The position numbers were made by a program, and so were the translations under genes. DNA of 38,519 nucleotides from an uncultured Candidatus Saccharibacteria bacterium (GTDB lineage: Bacteria; Patescibacteriota; Minisyncoccia; Minisyncoccales; CG1-02-41-26): the NCBI GenBank assembly GCA_964562675.1, contig CAZLUG010000005.1:1-38519 (forward strand). The letters are read 5' to 3'. Below are positions 34,529 to 38,519 of this stretch, in pieces. A model generated the notes under the pieces. It was not told the DNA's origin, searched no databases, and saw only the letters and a list, made by a program, of their open reading frames with translations. Each line of letters opens with the position of its first letter. Position 1 is the first letter of the stretch.

Positions 34529-35461
34529 ATGAATTTCTCTCCAAGGATTAAAATTATCGGACTTGGCGGCTGCGGAGTGAATATGGTTTCTCAACTTGCC
34601 CACTCTCCGGGATTTGAGAAAGTTGAATTATGGGCTGCCAACACAGATGAACAATCTTTAAATATCTCTCCTGTTTCTCATAAGATATTGATAGGACCAG
34701 AGACAACTTTTGGTTTGGGGACAGGGATGGATTTAAAATTAGCCGAGAAAGCGGTCAAGGAATCGCTTCAGCAAATTGAGGAATCTTTAAAGGGCGCAGA
34801 CTTACTTTTTATTGCTTGCGGATTGGGAGGGGGAACAGGAACAGCAGCTGCTTCTTTAGTTGCTGAAGTTGCGCAGAAAATGCATATTTTAACTATCGCT
34901 GTTTTGACTACTCCTTTCTCTTTTGAAGGCGCTCAAAGGCAAAAGATTGCTAGATTAGGGCTTAAGAAGCTTCAAAATAATGTTGACAGCATTATTAATA
35001 TTTCGAATGACAAACTTTTAAAAGTGGTAGGAAAAAATACTTTGGTGAATTCAGCATTTCAAAAAGCCAACGATGTATTAAAACAAGCCATTTTGAGTAT
35101 TTCTGAGCTAGCTAATTCTTCAGGCATTATTGATGTTAATTTTGCTGATATTTGCCAAGTTCTAAAAAAATCAGGTGAAGCCCTTTTTGGCCAAGCTTCG
35201 GCGCGGGGGGAGAATAGAATTATTAAAGCGACCGAAGAAGCAGTCCATTCTCCTTTAGTGACTTTCCCCCTGGCGAAAGCGAAAGGTATTCTTTTAAATA
35301 TTACCGGCGGGGAAGATTTAACTTTGTTTGAGGTTAGATCTACAGCGGAGCTTTTGAAAAAATTAGTGTCCCCTAAAGCGAAAATAATTTTTGGAGCCTC
35401 CGAAAATAAAGCATTTGAAAAAGGAGAGATTAAAGTTACCGTCATTGCAACGGGCTTTTGA
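34529..35461 (+). CDS. ftsZ: cell division GTPase FtsZ (globular core only)
   Basis: The ORF is open from TTG 34517, and ATG 34529 gives MNFSPRIKIIGLGGCGVNMV. Tubulin signature GLGGGTGTAAA. Ends at ...IKVTVIATGF*, the end of the globular domain. Confidence 0.95.
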   Translation: MNFSPRIKIIGLGGCGVNMVSQLAHSPGFEKVELWAANTDEQSLNISPVSHKILIGPETTFGLGTGMDLKLAEKAVKESLQQIEESLKGADLLFIACGLGGGTGTAAASLVAEVAQKMHILTIAVLTTPFSFEGAQRQKIARLGLKKLQNNVDSIINISNDKLLKVVGKNTLVNSAFQKANDVLKQAILSISELANSSGIIDVNFADICQVLKKSGEALFGQASARGENRIIKATEEAVHSPLVTFPLAKAKGILLNITGGEDLTLFEVRSTAELLKKLVSPKAKIIFGASENKAFEKGEIKVTVIATGF

Positions 35462-35486
35462 CAAATTCATCAATTTGTTTTATTAT
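35458..35486 (+). promoter_or_regulatory. promoter for RNase P RNA, overlapping the ftsZ stop codon
   Basis: TTGACA (35458-35463, containing the ftsZ TGA at 35459-35461), 17-nt spacer, TATTAT (35481-35486). Confidence 0.6.
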
Positions 35487-35517
35487 ATAAAAAACCAAAG
35501 TCCTTAAATTTAAAATT

Positions 35518-35867
35518 AAGGGTGAGGGCAAAGCAGACAAGACAATCGCTCTTTAGGCAGTTTAAGTTGCTTAAAGAGAGGAAAGTCCGAACACCGCGCC
35601 GTAATTTTACGGCAAATGATAGCGGGTAACACCCGTCCGGAGTAATCCGCGAGGTGCGAACAGAGACGCCCGAGCGCGAAAGGGCAAGGGCATTCTATTG
35701 TAAAAATAGAATGAGTTCTCAGGGTAACCTGAGAAGTGAAACGGCTAAATCCTTATCTGGTGCAAGACCAAATTTGGTGGGTCGCTTGACCCCAAGAGTA
35801 ATTGAGGGGCTAGATAAATGATTGTCCTCGACAGAATTCGGCTTACTGTCTACTTTCCCTCACCCTT
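35518..35867 (+). ncRNA. rnpB: RNase P RNA, bacterial type A
   Basis: Universal P4 strands GAGGAAAGTCCG (35578-35589) and ACAGAATTCGGCTTAC (35831-35846). P1 pairs AAGGGTGAGGG (35518-35528) with CCCTCACCCTT (35857-35867). P2 is ACAATC/GATTGT. A P3 hairpin CTCTTTAGGCA...TGCTTAAAGAG. About 350 nt with no ORF. Confidence 0.92.
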
Positions 35868-35973
35868 AGATGCAAGTTTAAGACTTTGGTTTTTGTTTGT
35901 CTTTTTTAGCTTCTTGATGAACTGTTCTGTATTTTCCAGCCTTTTAAATTAGCGATATTTATTTTATCGTTTT

Positions 35974-37815
35974 ATGATAAATTACACTATTCGGAATTTT
36001 GTTGTTATCTCCCACATAGATCACGGGAAATCTACTTTAGCAGACCGTTTTTTGGAGTTAACCCACACTATTACTTCAGCAGAGATGCATCCACAATACC
36101 TTGACTCTATGTCTCTTGAAAAAGAGAAGGGCATTACTATTAAAATGCATCCCTGTCGGATGATTTGGCCATTGCCAAGAGATTTAAAGGAAAAACTGCA
36201 GGCAGAAAATTGTGTTCTAAATTTAATTGATACTCCCGGCCATATCGATTTTAGTTATGAAACATCTCGAGCTTTAGCTGCCGTAGAAGGCGCTTTACTA
36301 TTGGTTGATGCTACAAAAGGCGTTCAGGCCCAAACATTATTTAATTTAGAGATGGCCAGACAACAAGGTTTAGAAATTATTGGATTAGTTAATAAAATTG
36401 ACGTAAAAATTGCTAGAGTTGCCGAAACCAAAAAAGAACTTAGCTCATTTTTAAAAGTAGACGAGGATTCTTTAATTGAAATATCCGCGAAGTATGGTTG
36501 GAATATTGAAAAAGTATTAAGAACCTTAGTGGAAAAGATTCCTCCGCCTCAAAATTTAATTCAAGAAAATTTTCGTGCTTTGGTTTTCGATTCTAAATAC
36601 GATCCTTTTTTCGGCATCATTGCTTTTGTGAGGGTTTTTGACGGAGAGATTCGCCAAGGAGAAAAAATTTATTTTCTGAAAGCCTGCAAAGAAGGGGAGG
36701 TAAAAGAAATAGGGTATTTTTCTCCTCAATTTTCAAAAACGGACAAATTAAGCGCCGGGGAAATTGGTTATATCAAAACCGGCATCAAAAATGCAAATGA
36801 GGTTAAAATAGGGGATACTATTATCAGGAAACAAGACAGTGAAACAAAGAAAAAGATGATTCTTCAACCTCTGAAAGGTTATGTAGAACCTCAAGCAGTT
36901 TTGTTTTTAAGCCTTTATCCGTCTGACCCAAGCGAATTCCCAAACTTAGAAAAAAGCCTCTTGAAGCTTAAGCTAAATGACGCGGCCTTAAGTTTTAAGG
37001 AAGAATCAAAAATGAGTTTGGGGCGAGGTTTCCGCTGCGGATTTTTAGGATCGCTCCATGCGGAAATCTCTATTCGGAGACTTAAAATGGAATTCGCTCA
37101 GAGTTTAATTATCACTGCTCCTCAAGTAGTTTTCCGGATTGTCAAGAAAAATGGCCAGGAAATATATTTAACCTCCCCAAGCGCTTGGCCGGATGATCTT
37201 GAAATTAAGGAAATTTTTGAACCGTGGGTAGAGGTTCAAATTATTACTCCCCAAAGACACCTTGAAAAGCTTTTCAAGTTAATGGTTAATATTGGAGCAG
37301 AAATTAAAAATACAAATTTTCTTAGCTCCCAAAAGTTTATTATCAAAGCCCAGGTTCCTTTGAGAGAAATCATCCGAGCAGATTTTTATAATAAGCTCAA
37401 GGGGAGCAGTGAAGGATATGCTTCGTTTAGCTTTAAACCGATTGGTTTTAGAAAAGCAAATTTAGTGAAACTTGATATTTTGATTGCTGGCCAGAAAGAA
37501 AATGCTTTAGCGAGGATAATTCCTGCAAATAAAACATTTGAAGAAGCTAAGAAAATTTTAAAGAAGCTCAAAGAACTTATTCCCCCTCGTCAATTTGATC
37601 TTGTTTTACAAGGAGCAGTGAGAGAAAGAATTATTGCTCGAGAAACCATTCGATCTCGCCGAAAGGATGTTACGGCTCCGCTTTACGGCGGTGATGTCAC
37701 AAGGAAGAAGAAACTTTTAGAAATTCAGAAAAAAGGAAAAAAGAAATTAAAAAATAGGGGGCAATTTACTATTCCTCCTAAAGTCTTTTTAGAGATGTTT
37801 AGGTCTTCTGATTAA
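35974..37815 (+). CDS. lepA: translation elongation factor 4 (LepA)
   Basis: 613 aa. G motifs ISHIDHGKST, DTPGHIDF and VNKID. LepA-specific C-terminal domain (...GGDVTRKKKLLEIQKKGKKKLK). Confidence 0.97.
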   Translation: MINYTIRNFVVISHIDHGKSTLADRFLELTHTITSAEMHPQYLDSMSLEKEKGITIKMHPCRMIWPLPRDLKEKLQAENCVLNLIDTPGHIDFSYETSRALAAVEGALLLVDATKGVQAQTLFNLEMARQQGLEIIGLVNKIDVKIARVAETKKELSSFLKVDEDSLIEISAKYGWNIEKVLRTLVEKIPPPQNLIQENFRALVFDSKYDPFFGIIAFVRVFDGEIRQGEKIYFLKACKEGEVKEIGYFSPQFSKTDKLSAGEIGYIKTGIKNANEVKIGDTIIRKQDSETKKKMILQPLKGYVEPQAVLFLSLYPSDPSEFPNLEKSLLKLKLNDAALSFKEESKMSLGRGFRCGFLGSLHAEISIRRLKMEFAQSLIITAPQVVFRIVKKNGQEIYLTSPSAWPDDLEIKEIFEPWVEVQIITPQRHLEKLFKLMVNIGAEIKNTNFLSSQKFIIKAQVPLREIIRADFYNKLKGSSEGYASFSFKPIGFRKANLVKLDILIAGQKENALARIIPANKTFEEAKKILKKLKELIPPRQFDLVLQGAVRERIIARETIRSRRKDVTAPLYGGDVTRKKKLLEIQKKGKKKLKNRGQFTIPPKVFLEMFRSSD

Positions 37816-37875
37816 TAAAAATTCTTTTGTTTAAGGCAATAAGACCAAAACAAAAGATAAAAGTTTTCTGAGAAT

Positions 37876-37980
37876 TTATTTTTGTCCAAAAAAAGGAAGA
37901 GCCAAAAATCCAATAGTACTTATGGCCATTATAGTGACAAATATAATCCAAATTATTCTTTCAATCTTTTTCTTTTTCAT
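37876..37980 (-). CDS. candidate 34-aa single-TM micro-protein (MKKKKIERIIWIIFVTIMAISTIGFLALPFFGQK)
   Basis: ATG at 37980 to TAA at 37878-37876, below the ORF-track cutoff. It has a positive-inside N-terminus plus a ~22-residue hydrophobic helix. It is the only coding potential in the 197-nt lepA/ftsB-like gap. No homology support. Confidence 0.3.
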   Translation of the reverse strand: MKKKKIERIIWIIFVTIMAISTIGFLALPFFGQK

Positions 37981-38012
37981 AATTTTTAGAAATTATACTA
38001 TTATATACTATA

Positions 38013-38426
38013 ATGCCTATGATATCAAAAAATAAAAATCCTCGCCGAAAAGTCCAAAAGCCAACTTTCCACTTGGTAATGATGATTTTAGTTATAGGGG
38101 GGATATTAGTCATCTTAATAATGGGCAATTTAAAGTTAATTAAGAAACGGCAAGAGTTAAACCAAGATTTTCAGAGTGGCCAAAATAAACTGGAATCTTT
38201 GGAGCAACAAAAAGAGAATTCAGAAAAGATGATAAAAGCTCTGAAAAGCAAAGCTTATCTGGAAGAAATAGCGAGAGAAAGATTTGATCTTCAAAAGCCG
38301 GGCGAAAAAGTGGTTGCTTTCCCCTTAAAAGAGGCAAAAGGGCTTGCGTCAACAACCAATCAAGAAAATTCTCAAACGGGAAAGCAGAATTTTTGGCAGA
38401 GATTTTTGCATTTTATCTTCCACTAA
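38013..38426 (+). CDS. septum formation initiator family protein (FtsB/DivIC-like)
   Basis: 137 aa. N-terminal TM helix (FHLVMMILVIGGILVILIMG), a coiled coil, then the family-typical YLEEIARERFDLQKPGEKVV. Confidence 0.72.
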   Translation: MPMISKNKNPRRKVQKPTFHLVMMILVIGGILVILIMGNLKLIKKRQELNQDFQSGQNKLESLEQQKENSEKMIKALKSKAYLEEIARERFDLQKPGEKVVAFPLKEAKGLASTTNQENSQTGKQNFWQRFLHFIFH

Positions 38427-38519
38427 CTTTTTTTGAAATCCCCTTGTATCTTTTGAAATCTTCTGTATATAATATTTATATCTATATCTATAATTAATAT
38501 TTATCTTTACACTTATATT

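Noticed and set aside
37824-37856. CTTTTGTTT/AAACAAAAG inverted repeat after lepA, as a bidirectional terminator.
   Set aside because: The stem is 9 bp and A-U-rich with a 15-nt loop and no clean U-tract on the plus strand. It is too weak to call as a feature and is only mentioned under the micro-ORF finding.
38433-38473. Direct repeat CTTTTGAAATC twice, followed by TATAAT (38468-38473), as a promoter for the gene beyond the window end.
   Set aside because: The TTGAAA to TATAAT spacings are 9 and 29 nt. An alternative TTGTAT-16-TATATA fit is poor. The downstream gene is not visible, so this cannot be evaluated.
1-38519. Alternative genetic code with TGA read as Gly, as in Gracilibacteria and Absconditabacteria.
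   Set aside because: All conserved genes are full length with standard stops. TGA-terminated genes (secF, the 5925 gene, the RecJ-like gene, M16, the sugar kinase, ftsZ) end at the positions expected from homologues. Reading through the ftsZ TGA would run into rnpB.

Overview
AT-rich (roughly mid-30s %GC by eye), very densely packed bacterial chromosomal segment read with the standard code. By inference it comes from a streamlined Patescibacteria/CPR-like (Parcubacteria-type) genome: several universal proteins are unusually compact (Mfd 663 aa, FtsZ ~310 aa, RecJ-like 383 aa), Shine-Dalgarno motifs are almost absent, and the content is almost entirely housekeeping. Gene order: + strand block (1-24154) with a K-rich micro-ORF, hpf, secA, secD, secF, a sigma-region-4/HARE-HTH protein, a membrane protein plus T4CP/HerA-like ATPase pair, pgk, a RecJ-like DHH protein, RNase HI, a large Ig-like-repeat surface protein, glyQS, an M16 peptidase, an AI-2E permease, rsmI, metG, tatD, a BadF-type sugar kinase, a PAP2 phosphatase and DedA. 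Then a - strand block (24202-30155) with tRNA-Leu(CAA), topA, dprA, mfd and pth. Then a + strand block (30302-38426) with lepB, hisS, a HIT protein, rpsU, ybeY, ftsA, ftsZ, RNase P RNA, lepA and an FtsB/DivIC-like protein. No CRISPR array, integrase, transposase or rRNA was seen. Firmicutes-like micro-synteny (rsmI-metG-tatD, dprA-topA, pth-mfd) argues for a vertically inherited core region. The best candidate for an undescribed system is the orphan two-gene module at 7015-10167: a 2-TM anchored 429-aa unknown protein plus a soluble T4CP-like P-loop ATPase with a C-terminal zinc ribbon and K/E tail. It may be co-transcribed with the upstream sigma-r4/HARE-HTH protein. Secondary curiosities are a tail-less FtsZ, a compact Mfd, a 30-codon poly-lysine micro-ORF upstream of hpf, candidate leaderless transcription units, a tRNA abutting the topA stop codon, and an RNase P RNA enclosed by a long-range helix plus U-tract.
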